From: Squalus acanthias
Lineage: Eukaryota
Reading direction: 5' to 3'
Assembly: GCA_030390025.1 (NCBI GenBank)
Contig: CM059433.1
Coordinates: 28,026,001 to 28,090,000 of the forward strand
Length of the DNA: 64,000 bases
In this document: piece after piece, positions 25,523 through 39,051 of the stretch
Layout: each line of letters starts with the position of its first letter
How positions within the stretch are numbered: the stretch's first letter is position 1
Position numbers and translations under genes: made by a program
Notes under the pieces: generated by a model
What the model saw: only the letters and a program-made list of their open reading frames with translations
Database searches by the model: none
What the model was told of the DNA's origin: nothing

Positions 25523-25878
25523 GAGGGTTGCCAACTCTGGTGGGACGCATTCCTGGAGATTGCATCACATGATCTCTCGCCTGCAGCCACCCCGCCCCCA
25601 CACTCCCGGCATTGGTCGCCCAACACAACCATCCTCTCTGTGCACCGCCTTCCCACACCAAGTGTAATGTGAACAGACTCTGTTACTTGAGTGGATGATT
25701 CCTGACGGTCAGTCAAACAGCCAATATTCCCACCTCATGTTTTTATGACTAAAAACTGAAAGAGCATGAAAAACTTTTTTTTTTAAATGTCTCGAGATGA
25801 TTTTTCTCGTGGGTTGCTCGCAGCAGTGTCTTCAATCCCTGGAGACTCCAGGACAATCCTGGAGGGTTGGCAACCTTG
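25523..25878. mobile_element. hAT-type MITE (AGGGTTGCCAAC TIR family)
   Basis: TIRs GAGGGTTGCCAAC / GTTGGCAACCTTG. 8-bp TSD CTTCCCCC versus CTTCCCTC. Confidence 0.8.
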
Positions 25879-26599
25879 CTTCCCTCTCCCTCCTCCAAAA
25901 GAAAGAGAGCCAGAGAGAGACGACACCGATATAGAAACACAAGAGTGACAGAGAGAGAGAGAGACACACACACATAGCAACAAAAGGTGCAAACATAAAA
26001 TACAATTGAAATCTTCAAACTCCCAGCGCTAGTTGGGAGTGTGTAAAAATCCTCCTTTACAGACTGTGATTCTCAGCTATGTTCCAGGAGCAGCTTGGTG
26101 CATTGACTCCATGCTGCAATGCAGCCGCATACACTCAAGAACCCAGTTATCAGCATCCGATCACAACACTGCCTCCGGCACAATGCCGCAACCATCACGC
26201 AGTTGCAGCTCCCAGAATAGCTTGCTTTAGACAGACACAAAGTCTCTCGAATTTTTCACTTGTTGCAAGGAATACGCAGCAAAGGCTGTTTAAGTAAGCA
26301 GGTCGACTATTATTCAAATAATTTTCCTTCCAACACATTAACAGCATTTTTTTCTAAGCAATTAGCCAAATATTTCAAGTTCAAACTTTTTTTTTTTAAA
26401 CAAACAATCCACTTCTACATTCAACATTTACTTAGCATAAAACTGGTTTTAAAATAGCCAGTACAGCAAGTTGCTGACATTGCATTGGCCCTGAGCAATT
26501 GTTACTGAGATATTTGAACTCTTGGCAAACAACTGAAGCCAAAGCTCCTCTTCCCAGTTTCATGACTGATGATTGTGAACTCCTGTGCAACAAGACTCC

Positions 26600-27620
26600 T
26601 AGGAACAGGAGGCTATTCAGCCCCTCGAGCCTGTTCCACCATTCAATTAGATCATGGCTGATCTGTACCTCAACTCCATTTTCCCGCCTTTGCTCTGTAT
26701 TCCTTGATAGAATCTATTAATCACGGTCTTGAAAATTTCATTTGACCTCTAGTATCCACAGCCTTTTGTGGGAAGAGTTTTCCAGATTTCCCTTTTTTGT
26801 GAAACTGTACTTCCAGATTTCACTACCAGACAGCCTGGATCTAATTTTAAGATTCTGCCCCCTTGGTCTGAATTCCACCACCAGAGGAAATCTATCCCAT
26901 CAAATCCTTTTATCATTTTAAATACCTTGATTAGATCACTCCCCCACAACCGTCTAAATTCAAGGGAATACAAGACAAATTTTTGCAAGCTGTCTTCATA
27001 ATTTAACCCTTTAAGCCCTGGTATCATTATGGTGAATCTGCACCGTACCATCTCCAAGGCCAATACATCTTTCCTAAGGTGCGGTGCCCAGAACTGAACA
27101 CAATACTCCAGAAGGAGTCTGACCAAGGCTCTGTACAACTGAAGCATCACTCCCTCCCCTTTGTATTCCAGCCCTCGAGATAAAGGTCAACATTCCATTA
27201 GCCTTTTTGATTTCTTTTTGTACCCGTGAACTAGCTTTTAGTGATGTGAACATGGACACCTAAATCCTTTAGCTCCTCCACAGTTCAGAGTCTCTCACCA
27301 TGAAGAAAATCTTACAATGTCTTTCTCAGACCCAAAGTGGACAACCTCACACTTCCCCACATGAAATTTCATCTGCCAGTTTTTCCCCCACTCACTTAAT
27401 CTGTCTATGTCCCTTTGCATTTTCCTCCTCCCAGCCACACAACTTACTGTGCCTCCCAACTTAGCATCATCTGCAAACTTGGATATACAACTCTCTATTC
27501 CTTCACCCAAGTCACTGATATATATGGAGACAGGCCCCAGGACAGATCCGCGGGGAACACCGCTTGTCACATCCCGCCAATCAAAGTACATTCCCGATAT
27601 CCCTGCTCTCTGTCGGCTAC
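26600..27620 (-). mobile_element. CR1 3' fragment. Shorter CR1 tails near 7745-7860(+), 7935-8215(-), 8231-8355(-), 9860-10080(+), 19530-19785(-), 23360-23780(+), 28870-29150(-), 30327-30700(-), 33600-33850(+), 42590-42925(-), 43240-43490(+), 44660-45030(+), 54990-55270(-) and 60810-61245(-)
   Basis: SGVPRGSVLGP, KFADD and LEYCVQFWAPHLRKD remnants. The tails share the GGCCGAATGGCCT stem region or a GATGGACC variant. Confidence 0.85.
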
Positions 27621-30600
27621 CTTCCAAAACAATTAACCTCAGGTTAAAAACTGTTTGCTGCTGCTTCAACAGGTTTTTTCCCCCCCTCTACTCTGCCCAC
27701 CCCACGGCACTCACATGTTACAAAGAACTGGAACTTCTTGAGCATCGGTCTGAGCAGAAATTGGAGAATGGGCAGCGGACTGACAGGAGCACACAAGCCA
27801 TCTCGCTCCTATTGGGCAATGGGCAGTAGCCTGACAGGAGCATGCAAGCCATCGCCCTCTTATTAGGGAAGCAACTCAACAGTGCACCTACTCCAAATGC
27901 TCAGTTCTATTCAAACTGCGTTTCTGGACCAAAGAGGAGTAAAACATCATTACTAGCAACTGCTGTCACACCCATGATGTTGAACATTTAGAGCCCCTAT
28001 CGAGATAGGTTCTTCACAGGTTTGCCCAGTTCAAATGTCATGGAGCTAGAGGAAAGGGCTGCCTCGACGGTGGTTACGTAAGAACACAAAGATCTGTTGG
28101 TAGCAGCAGCTTATAATTAAGGAAAATAACAGGAACAGTACTTTCAACTTCTGCCGAAGTCTACATGCTCCGTGATGTGCATCCCCCCTTGGACACTCTT
28201 GGCGATTGATAGATTAGTTAGCTCATTAGATTGAAATAAAAATGTGTTAAGATGCAAGATACATCAGTCACACGCCAAATGTCGTAACTGCGATAAACGC
28301 AGCACAATAGTATAAGTAAGGATGAGAAAGCCTAAGTTCTTCTGATGTGCAGCCTGAAATTTATAAGCATTTTGTTGACCTCAGCGGGTTACAAGCAGCT
28401 ACAGTTACCTGGATTCAAAAGGGAGTACGCGGGCGAGCCAGGTTAACAGCGCTCATTATTAATATTGCTCAATTGCTGCGCCTTGGGCATCACACTTGCA
28501 CCTGACTGGTGACAAACCACATTCAATAGGCAGGCAACGCACCAATTGGACACTGGAAGTTTATCTACCTGCATTTTCCAATGAAAATCATTTAATAATA
28601 TATGGAAACAACAAACCCTGCTCAATCAAGCAGCAAAGAATAGAGGTGAGCCAAAGAAACTGCTTCGAGTATTTTGTGAAAATTTTCTCCCTCCCAATCA
28701 GTTTCTTCAGCTTGCCGCTACACGCCAGTAAATACAATTTGTAACGCATGAAAATGTAAATAACTAGCCAGCAGACCCAGAACTTATCTGCTAATAGGAT
28801 CTTTTCCATTTGGGACAAGTGACAGGAGTGGGTGCTGCTCGACACTGCTCACAGCTGGTTGAAATTCATCATAGAATGACACAGCACAGGAGGCCATTCG
28901 GCCCACCGTGCCTGTGCTAGCTCCTTGAAAGACCTCTCCAATTAGTCCCACTCCTCCTGCTCTTTCCCCATAGCCCTGAAAATTTTTCCGATTCAAGTAT
29001 TTTTTCCCCGATTGAAGTACTTATCCAATTCCCTTTTGAAAGTTACTATCGAGTCTGCTTCCACCACCCTTTCAGGCAGTGCATTCCAGATCACAACACT
29101 CGCTGCATACAAAATTTCTCATCTCCCCTCTGGCTCTTTTGCCAATTATCCTCAAATTAAATCCTTCAAACAACTTACTGCGCGTTTGAAAAACAGTTCA
29201 CACTGAAAGCACGGTCGTCTCTTCGCCCCTCTTCCAACCATTATTCTCCTTTGAAAATTCAATGAAAGATTCATTGTATCGGGTTTTTGTGGGAGGACTA
29301 GAGTATGTGGAGGATACTCCAGTGCAGTTCCGAAGGAGCGCTGCACTGTCGGAGAAGCCATTTTTTGGATGAGACGTTAAACTGAGGGCCCTGTCTGCCC
29401 TCTCCCATGAACGTTTCGAAGAAAAGTAGGGAATTCTCCCCGGTATCCTGGCCAATATTTATCACTCCACCAACATCACTAAAGCAAACAGATTATCTGG
29501 TTATTCTCTCATTGCGGTTTGTGGGACCTTGCTGTGCGCAAATTGGCTGCTGCATTTCCTACAACAGTGACAACACTTCAGAAAGTCCTTCATTGGCTGT
29601 AAAGCACTTTGGGACGTCCTGTGAAAGGCACTATAGAAATGCAACTTCTTTCTTTCCTTTTATTTCTGGATGGGTGAATTAAGAATGGCCTTCCTCATGT
29701 CTTGTGCAATCTTTACGATCTTTTAAGTTGAAAGACCAGCTCTCATTCTCCAGTCTTAATTCAAGGGTAAAAGCAGCCAAATCATTCACAGAATCTTGGA
29801 TTCCACAAGTCTTTTAAGTTCTCCTCCACTCTCCCAGATCAGTCCACGAGCAGCTTTGTCACTTCAAAACACAATGTGCTGTTATCAGTTCATTAAAGCA
29901 AAGCCTGTTGTGAAATTTTGCCAGCAAGTTACTTTTGATGATATTTTAATACTCGCTTCTTCCTTGCATAAAATAAACCCTTCTCTCACCTTTGACATGC
30001 AAGGACCTGACACTTATTATAGATTACAAATTGCTTTAAACAACATATTACAGCGGCACAATTGGCAGCATGATCATTGCAACATCAGGAAACTCACATT
30101 TCCAGAATTACTGCAACACCGATAGAGATATTATAAACATAGCACAACATAATCTAATTCCCGTAATCACAGCAGTCCAATAAAGTACACAATTATCAAC
30201 AGTAACTGGGAGTTAAGTGATGTAACAAATCACAGAAGGGTGACTGACACATCGTTCACTTTCCATTACTGCTAGCTCTACATCGGAGCCATCTCTTCTA
30301 TCCTCCCATAACCTTCAACATTTTTCATAGGAACATGGGAACATCGAGGCAAAAAAAATCCCAAGGTCCATCTAGTTCAGCTTCTACCATCCTGGTAGTC
30401 GCTTGATACAACGATAATGGAGTTGTTGACGAATCATAGCAATCAATCTCTATTGATTAGTCTACAACAGACCCAGACATGGTGAGGAAAACACCAGTGG
30501 TGGACAGCTTTGGGAACCAGAGGTCCAAAGTCACCCGTTCCTCCCAAGCATGCTACACTGACCACATGTCTTGTCTCAAATTACTCATATACCGTATCCC

Positions 30601-31959
30601 AAAACATTATTTTCTCAAAGAAATCTACTTAATTTGCATTTGACTTGATCGATACTAACTGCTCCCACCATCGCCCGAGGGAGCCTATTCCACAGATTAA
30701 CCACGCGCTCACTGAAATATTATTCATCAAATGCCCTCTGAAACGAGTTCTTCAAATTGCTAAAATTTTACTCATATCAACACAACTTTTTACAGTGGTA
30801 CTTCCCATTACAATGAAGGGGGCGGAGGGGTCATCAGCTCCCCCTCCCCTGCAAGTCCATCATGGAAATTGTTGGACAATCAATTGTCTCACATATCTGG
30901 TACTGTAATGCGTTAGACAGGAGAATAAAGATCAGTTTTAACACAACTAACTTGAATTGAATTAAATTAAATGTTTCCTGGTTTAGGAAGTTGATTTATG
31001 TCAAACAGCACGGGACTAGCATTCACTGGCTGCACAATGAGGGAATGTCTTGCAAAGATTCTGCTGGATAATCAAGGATGCACAACAGTCTAAAGCAGCA
31101 CCTCCTCAAGAGCAGTAGTTTCCAATCCCGAATAGCAAGTTGTTGGACAAGAAATTATATTTATTTTTCATTTGGAAATTGGGCATGAGAGGAATTCCAG
31201 TTAGTTGAAGTAGCCTAAATTATGTAGAACATTTAATATGGGTTCATTTTTACCACAACACATTTAGTCTAAAGCTGCACTGCACCACATTAACAGCACT
31301 AGACAACTTACAGAACGATGATAGGAATACACAACAGGAATCAAATACACAAGCTATGAAATACAGATTCTGCAACACAGATTTTCAAGAGAATGGTTTA
31401 TGACCTTCTCCCACTGGAAACTACACAAACAAGTGGAACCCCATTCCAGAGCTTGTGCATTGTGTTCCGCTGCACAATCTTCCACACTTCACCAAACCTG
31501 TAACACAACCCCTTTCATTTAAAGAATCTGGTAAACGTAAACATCCACATTCCAACATTTGGCAGCCATAAATATAGTGGCCAAATTCAGAATGTCAACA
31601 TTTAAGTTGGTCAAATTCTTCACATTAAAGCCTGTTCATTTAAATAAGGTGCTAAAGGTTGATGCTCTTTTTTTTTTAAGGATCACATGATCATCAAGCT
31701 TGCACAAGAAAAATCTGTAGCTTGTCTGATCAAGCAGTTTCCACACGACCTTGTCAACATTTCCATATTTAGTGCTACACAGCAGGCTCACACCCCAGTT
31801 GCTAGGGCTGAGAGATATGGCTAACCCACCATCCACTGGGATTCTGCTTTTTTTTTTAAAGAAGTTAGCCTCTGATTTTCCCCCTCTCCTTTGCATGTGG
31901 TTTCACCCTTCTCTTCCTCCCTCCAATTTTACTTTACACAAGTGACAATCACCCCAAGC

Positions 31960-33094
31960 TAGGGTTCCCAACCCTCCCGCTTTGGGCAGGAGTCTACCGG
32001 AATGGGCGATTGGTCTCCAGAGCACTACAGCTGCTGGCAACTCGGGAGAAGTGGTTCGCGCATGCACAGCACCCTGGCAGTCATGGCTTGCAATCAAAAC
32101 CGCGCTGTCTGAGCCCCGCTGGTCTCCCTGCAATTCGGAACACTCTGTTTCTTTGCCGATTGTGAGGATGACGGCATCGGGGCCAACTGAAATCGCTTGG
32201 AAACTCCGTGAATCCTGAGAGATTGGGTTGGGGGGGGGTGGGGGGAAGAGACGGAAAGAGAGAGAGAGAGCGCACACAACACAAACTGGGGAGGGAGAAA
32301 GAGAGAAACACAAATTGGGAGGGGGAGGGGGGGGGGGGGGGAGAGAGACACTCACCCACACACAAACTGGGGAGGGAAAAAGAAATGCAAACTGGGAGAG
32401 GGAGAGGGGGGGGGGGGGAAACAACTGCAGGGGGCAGGAGAGGAGAGAACAACATAAACTGGAGGGGGAGCGCGCAACACAACTGGGAGAGGGAGAAAGA
32501 GCAACACAAAGTGGAGCAGGGGAGAAGAGTTCATGTCGGCCTGCGCTGTTGCACACTGAGTTTTGTTCCAGGAGTCCGGTAGCTTTGGTGCTTCTCTCCA
32601 AGGACTGAGCCTCACCTCCCTGAAGCTGGGTTTCATAGGTGGGGTGTGGGAGTCAGTGAAATGAATTAGGTTTGACTTTGGTTTTATATATTGTTTTTAT
32701 AACTTGCTGTGTATTGTAAAAAAAAAAAATCATAAAATTGTACAAAAACATTCGTTAGAGGTTACTTATAGCGATGATGCTTTTTGTTGATTCAGGTGAT
32801 ATTTACTTGGCGTTTCTCATTGCGGTCGATCACAGAAGTCATTTTTATTTAAACATTACTTATCCTTAAATCTTTCTATTCTTTCCTGTTCTTTAATTTG
32901 AAAATTGTTGTTCATCTCACTGTAAAACACAAAGTCAAATATTTTATTCAGGGATTCCTGATACTATGACAATGTCATAAGATCAAATGTCATGTGATGA
33001 AGCATCACGAGTGGTGTCACGTGATTGAATATTGCGATCAAATGTCACGTGACCAAATCTCCAGGAATAAGTCAAACCAGAGTTGGCAACCCGA
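31960..33094. mobile_element. Non-autonomous hAT-type element, 1135 bp, with an internal G-rich minisatellite
   Basis: TIRs TAGGGTTCCCAAC / GTTGGCAACCCGA. 8-bp TSD CCCCAAGC (31952-31959) versus CACCAAGC (33095-33102). Confidence 0.8.
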
Positions 33095-33141
33095 CACCAA
33101 GCTAAGGCAACAACCTCCGAGGAACACAATTCCCCTTAAAG

Positions 33142-33411
33142 TAGGGTTGCCAACTCTGGTTGCTTGGTCATATTCCTGGAGGGTTCATCACATGATCTCC
33201 CACCCGCAACCACCCGCCCAGTCAAACAGCCATTCTTCCTCATCTGCAATATTTTTATATGATAAATGAAAAATTGTTCAATGAAAATCGAACAAAAACA
33301 CTTTTTATAGCCTCAATGATTTTTCTCCTGGGTTTGCATACAGCAATGTCCAGGACATTAACCTTTAATTCCTGGGGACTCCAGGATAATCCTGGAAGGC
33401 TGGCACCCCTG
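33142..33411. mobile_element. hAT-type MITE, same family
   Basis: TAGGGTTGCCAACTCTGG ... CCTGGAAGGCTGGCACCCCTG. Colinear with 25523-25878 and 2309-2559. Confidence 0.75.
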
Positions 33412-35519
33412 CCCAATATCAGCCAAACCCTGGAAGCAGCCACGGGAGAATAATTTGACAAATGCACAAAAAGCTTCTCAAATATCAGCAATTACTTGAA
33501 ACGAGTTTTAACAAACCTGGCAAAAATGTAGAAAAACTAGGAGGAGAATGCACCCAAGGCAACTGATAAAACAGTCAGCTACACAGGAATAATTAATTAT
33601 AAATATAAGATAGTCACCAACAAATCCAGAGAATTCAGGAGAAACTTCTTTACCACAGGAAGTAGTTGAGGTGAATAGCACCGACACATTTAAGGTGAAG
33701 GTGGATAAACACGAGAGAAAGGAATATAAGGTTATGCTGATAGGGTGAAATGAGGTAGGGTGGGAGGAGGCTCGTGTGGAGCATAAACACCGGTAGGGAC
33801 CGGTTGGGCCAAATGGCCTGTTTCTGTGCTGTACATTCTATGTAACTCTTATGTAACTGAGCTCATCTGGAAAAAATAAGTTAAGTGGTAGGAAGCACAG
33901 AAAAGTGGTCAAGCAAAGTTGGCAGCAAAAACATGGAGAAAAGCAGACTCGACCAAGGGGTTCCAGCCCATACCCACCGAGGCCATAGAGAGTTTATTGG
34001 TGTCTCTCTGAAGAGGTCAAAACAGCAACGTTGCTAATATTTTCAAAACATTTAAGGAAGCTTTCCATCACATTTTAAATCATAAACAGTTCGTTTAAAA
34101 GCTCAATTTACTCAAAGCTCACCATTTTGACTCGGGTCCATTAGTGCTCCAAATACATCTGTTCTTGATGTGGTAACAGGCATTTAATGAAACAAGACTT
34201 GAAGATTTAATAATAAAACAACTTCCATTTCAAGATAATCATGTGGGATGCAGCTATCATGCCTGAAAAATGCCTCACTTGTAGTCCTTCAGCTACTATT
34301 TGTCAGCCTTGGGCTGGTGGCGACACTCTTGCCTCTGAGTCAGAAGGCCATGGGTTCAAGCTCCACTCCAGCAACTTGAACACATAATCCAGGCCGACGC
34401 TCCCAGTGCAGTGCTGAGGGAGTGCTGCACTGTCAGAGGTTCCATCTTTCAGCGTGCACAGACCAATCAGCATCTAGATCATAACCACCGTATCTTGACA
34501 TTTCCAGGTCTGTCAACCTGGTACGACAGACAACTCATCTCACAACCTTCATTTTGAAGTTTGGGAAGGACTAAAAGCTTACAATTTAACGGGAGACATT
34601 TTAAAACCACATTAAATACAATAGAAAGTCCCTATTCGGTCACACGCTGGACTGCCTGGAACCGATATTGTCTTTATTAAATCCAGACAGATACAGTTAT
34701 AAACACACCTTAAAATGGGGTTATCCAAAGAACTCCCAATACATGAATTACTCCCACTAGAACCTGCAGTAAAAAAAGACTACCTTAAATCAATACCAAA
34801 ATGGTTACTCTGGATTCGGACCGGCTTCAATTGGCATGCAACATCTGAAACACAGACAGCACGGGACTACCAACTCCACTCCTTACTTCATAGGACAATA
34901 GCTGGACATTTTAAGTTCATCATTCTCCATATTTAACACGCTTCACAGCTCAAGGAGCCACTTCACTAAAAAGCTTCGAGTTTCCAGTCGCTTCACTTAT
35001 TCCTTTCAGTCAATGGGCCGCTGAAATAAAGCATTTTGCAGTTTTCACCGCCATCATTTCTGGCCTCTTGAGCATCTCATTCAGCTGTTTAGGCCCCAAG
35101 CTCCTGAATTCCCTCCCTAAACCTCTCCACCTCTCTCTCCTTTAAGACACTCCTTAAAACCTACTTCTTTGACTAAGCATCTGTCCTAATAGCTTCTTAT
35201 GTGGCTCGGTGTAAAATTTTGCCTGATAACACACTGGTGAAGCACCTTGGGACGTTTTACTATGTTAAAGGTGCTATATAAATGCAAGTTGCTGTTGTGT
35301 GCTTCATCTCTAAAGCATGTTGTGCCACTCTCTAAAATGACCAGTGGTACAAGCAAAAAAAAATAATTCTTTAGTTATGCACCTTAAGCCAAGTCAGGGC
35401 TGTTCAAAAACAAAACTAAACTTCAATCTTAGAAAGGGCTCTTTCTTTCGATTAGGCACTTTACAGCCTTCTGGACTCAACATTGAGTTCAACAATTTCA
35501 GACTATAACCCCTGCCCCA

Positions 35520-35817
35520 TTTTTCAGGCTGTATGATTCTGCCATCCCCATTTGCAACATTCAATCTTTCCTGCCTCCTACCCTAGCACAGACTGTTCCT
35601 TCAGATCCTTCCCTCCCCCACCCCCTCTCCCTGCCTCTGCACCTGCTTAAAATCGGTTACATCTCGAGCCTTTTCCAGTTCTGAAGAAGGGTCCCAGACC
35701 TAAAACGTTAACTCTGTTTCTCTCTCCACGGATGCAGCCTGGCCTGCTGAGTGCTTCCAGCATTTTCTGTTGTTATTTGAGATTTCCAGCATCCGCAGTA
35801 TTTTGCTATTGTATTAG
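35520..35817 (+). mobile_element. Penelope-like 3' end remnant with a mutated hammerhead at 35677-35713
   Basis: AGTT CTGAAGA A GGGTC-CCA-GACCT AAAA CG TT AACT (GAAA box reads AAAA), followed by the same tail as at 14805-14900. Confidence 0.7.
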
Positions 35818-38800
35818 AAAGGGCTCTACTGGGTGAGTGACGGATTTTCACTCCCAGCAGGGATTTCCCCACCCATTGGGAGCACATATCAGGTGGTCAG
35901 CAGGCCCAATAAGATGAGCAGGCCCACTGACCCCGTGCCAGAGTTTCAGAAACGAGGTCCAGGCAAGCAAAGCTCCACATCAGGAGCACAAATTTATAAA
36001 AAGTACGAAGAGGGAAGGGAAACAAGCGAACACGCAGGTTTAGCGGCTTTCGGTAAAGTCAAGATTCAAATAATTTTCCACTCGAAGCTTTCAGCAAGCA
36101 GAGAGGTGTTTTTTTATTAATACAATTGCTGATTTAAACTGCAGCCATTTGCATAAAGTGGAGCAACTCCATGCCACTTCACTGCACTCTGTCCAGCCCC
36201 ATTTATAACGTGCAGAACACTTGAATTAACAAGCTCACTGTCAGAGACACACGGCAGCAACAGCAATAGCGTTCGAGGTTTGACTTAAGATGGCATTTGC
36301 ACGCAACAGAGACTCCACATTCTGTCTGGCACTGTTTCACTCCGAAGCAGAGGCTTTGGCTTTATTTCTAGCACCATGTGTTTTAAAAACCACTCTTTTT
36401 CTTTAGTGCTTCTCAAAAAGAAAAAGCATCCACAACAATCAGAATAAGCACCAACAACAATCAAAATGTACCGAGTGTACAAAGGTCTACATTCTATCCT
36501 GATGACACTTACAATGTAAAATAAACACTGCATGTTTTCAATAGCACAACCTTAATAAATGCTACACTGATAAGCTTTTAAAAAAATGTGCATTTATATA
36601 GCGCCTTTAATATAGTAAACCGTCCCGCGGCACTTCACAGGAGCTTAATCAGCCTAAAACTGACGGATCCAAAGGAGGAGGCATTTCGACAGGTGACCAA
36701 AAGCTTGGTCAAAGAGGTACAATTTAAGAAGCGTCTTAAAAGGAGGAGAGACAGAGAGAGCGGTGAAGAGGTTTAGGGAGGGAATTCCAGCGCTTTGGGC
36801 CCAGACAGCTGAAGGCATGGCTGCCAACAGTGGAGGGAAGGGGCCAGAGTTGGAGGAACGCAGAGATAGGGAAGGTTACAGGGCTGGAGGAGGTTACAGA
36901 GATAGCAAGGGGCGAGGCCATGGAGGGATTTTCTTCAGCTCCTATCATTCCTTCTCTTACAAACATACTTCTAGCCAGGAGAGACCAGTCTGCCAATCAT
37001 AAATTCTCCATTACTGCTGTTAACATACAATTCAAGGGAGTAACAGGCAGTCTCAGTTTCTATTTCTCCTTCTCCCCAGCCTCAATATGTCCTGTTTAAC
37101 CGTCCACTGGACGACGAGCTTAAATCAAAACTCGTTGTGCACTGCGGCTCCAGAGTTTAAACTATTTGCACCCTCAAGACCTCAACTCAATCGCCCCCTC
37201 AACAGATCAGATACTCAAACGGTTAAGTAGATTGCCCAAAACACTCGCTCCTTGTTTACCCTAGAAATATCTCTCCCGATTACCCAATAACCTTTTGATA
37301 CCTCCCAGCCACTGTCAATTGAACTTTGGGTCTATTTTCCACTATTCCGGAGATGGTTTGTCTACATTACAACTGTGACTACATTTCAAAAGTTCTTCAT
37401 TTGCTGTAAAGCGCATTGGGACGCCCAAGGGACACAAAAGGTACTATATAAATGCAAGTTCTTTCTTTTTTTCTTTCTATTCTGCATCTTACCGAGTGGT
37501 CATCCAGCAGCCTGCCAAGCTGAATGAACAAACTCCTTCAACTCACAACCATCGTTGCTTTTAATTGTCTGAGTCACTTCGCACTTAAATTATTATGGGA
37601 CTAGCTACCCAGGTCTCTCACTGCAGTGCATTTGAAACATAAGGGAGTGGCTTCCACCCAACTGGCCACTGTCTCACTGCAAGAAGTATTAACAGTTCAA
37701 TAAATCTAATTGAGTTTCCATTAAACAGAGAGCGTGCCAAGTGTCATGCTACATTACAATGTGCATAGTTGCTATAAATTAAATGTCTTCCACACTAAAA
37801 ATTCAATTTTACAATGTTGCCCAATATAAACTTGAAGAAAAAGACTTGCATTTATATAGCGCCTTTCACGTCCTCAGGATGTCCCAAAGCGCTTCACAGC
37901 CAATTAATTATTTTGAAGTGTCGTGGCTGCTTTGTCAGCAAAGGCATCGGCCAATTTGCGCACAGGAAGGTTCCACAAACAGCAATGGGACGGGTGGTCA
38001 GTTAGCAGTGAAATAGACATTGATCAGGACACCAACACCTACAAAAATAAACTTTTCTTCAAATATTACGCCCACCTAAGCAGGCAATCGGAGCCTCAGT
38101 TTAAGGTCTCATTAAGTTGTACTATTTTTTTCCAAAGTTTGAATTACTGTGTTTTTTTTTAAACATTAATTCGCAGGATGTGGGCACCACTGGCAAGGCT
38201 GGCATTTATTGTCCATCCTCAGATGCCCTTGAGAAGGCGGTCATGAGCCGCCATCTTGAACCGCTGCAGTCCGTGTGGTGAAGGTGCTCCCACAGGGCTG
38301 TTAGGGAGGGAGTTCCAGGATTTTGACCCAGCGACGATGAAAGACCAGCAATATATTTACAAGTCAGGATGGTGTGTGACTTGGACGGGAACTTGGAGGT
38401 GGTGGTGTTCCCATGCGCCTGCTACCCCTGTCCTTCGAGATGGAGGTGGTCACGGGTTTGAAAGGCGGCCTTTCCTCCCGATACCTTCCATGCTGCAAGC
38501 AGGTTCCACCTCAGTTTGCGCCTATTTTTAAACCCATCCCTAAAGCTCTCAGTGCCCCTTAAGCGGGCTCACTGCTCTCACTCCGAATGCTAAGTTTCCT
38601 CCATCCTCCCCATGTCCGCTGGCCTCGGACACTATCCCTTGGACATTGCTTCGTGCCCCCCAGATCCCCTCTGATATTTACTGGCAAGCTTTAGCCCCTT
38701 CTGTAAGAGGCTCCCCATAGCAATGGCAGCAAGTCCCTCGACACTTCAATGGTCCAAGATTTCCACTGTAAACTGCTTCCACGTCCGACCCTGAACTTGC

Positions 38801-39051
38801 AGGGTAACAGCTCCAGCACCAACCAGTACCATTTCTCCTACTCCCACCAGTAACATCACTCCAGTCTCTGGTCTGAGTTTCACTGCAGTACCAACCAACC
38901 TCAATTGTTGCAGTACAAAAAAATACTCTTCAGAGAATAAGGAGCCCAAGGTCCACTTGCAGGCGTAACTGATGGCACTGAACCTGAGAGAATATTTAAG
39001 GCAACAAAAGCATGACAGAGGACTGTTCCATGGACAAGCAAGAGAGCTGTT

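Noticed and set aside
31903..32636. Stack of overlapping 80-230-aa ORFs
   Set aside because: They arise from the G-rich minisatellite inside a non-autonomous hAT element and have no transposase motifs.
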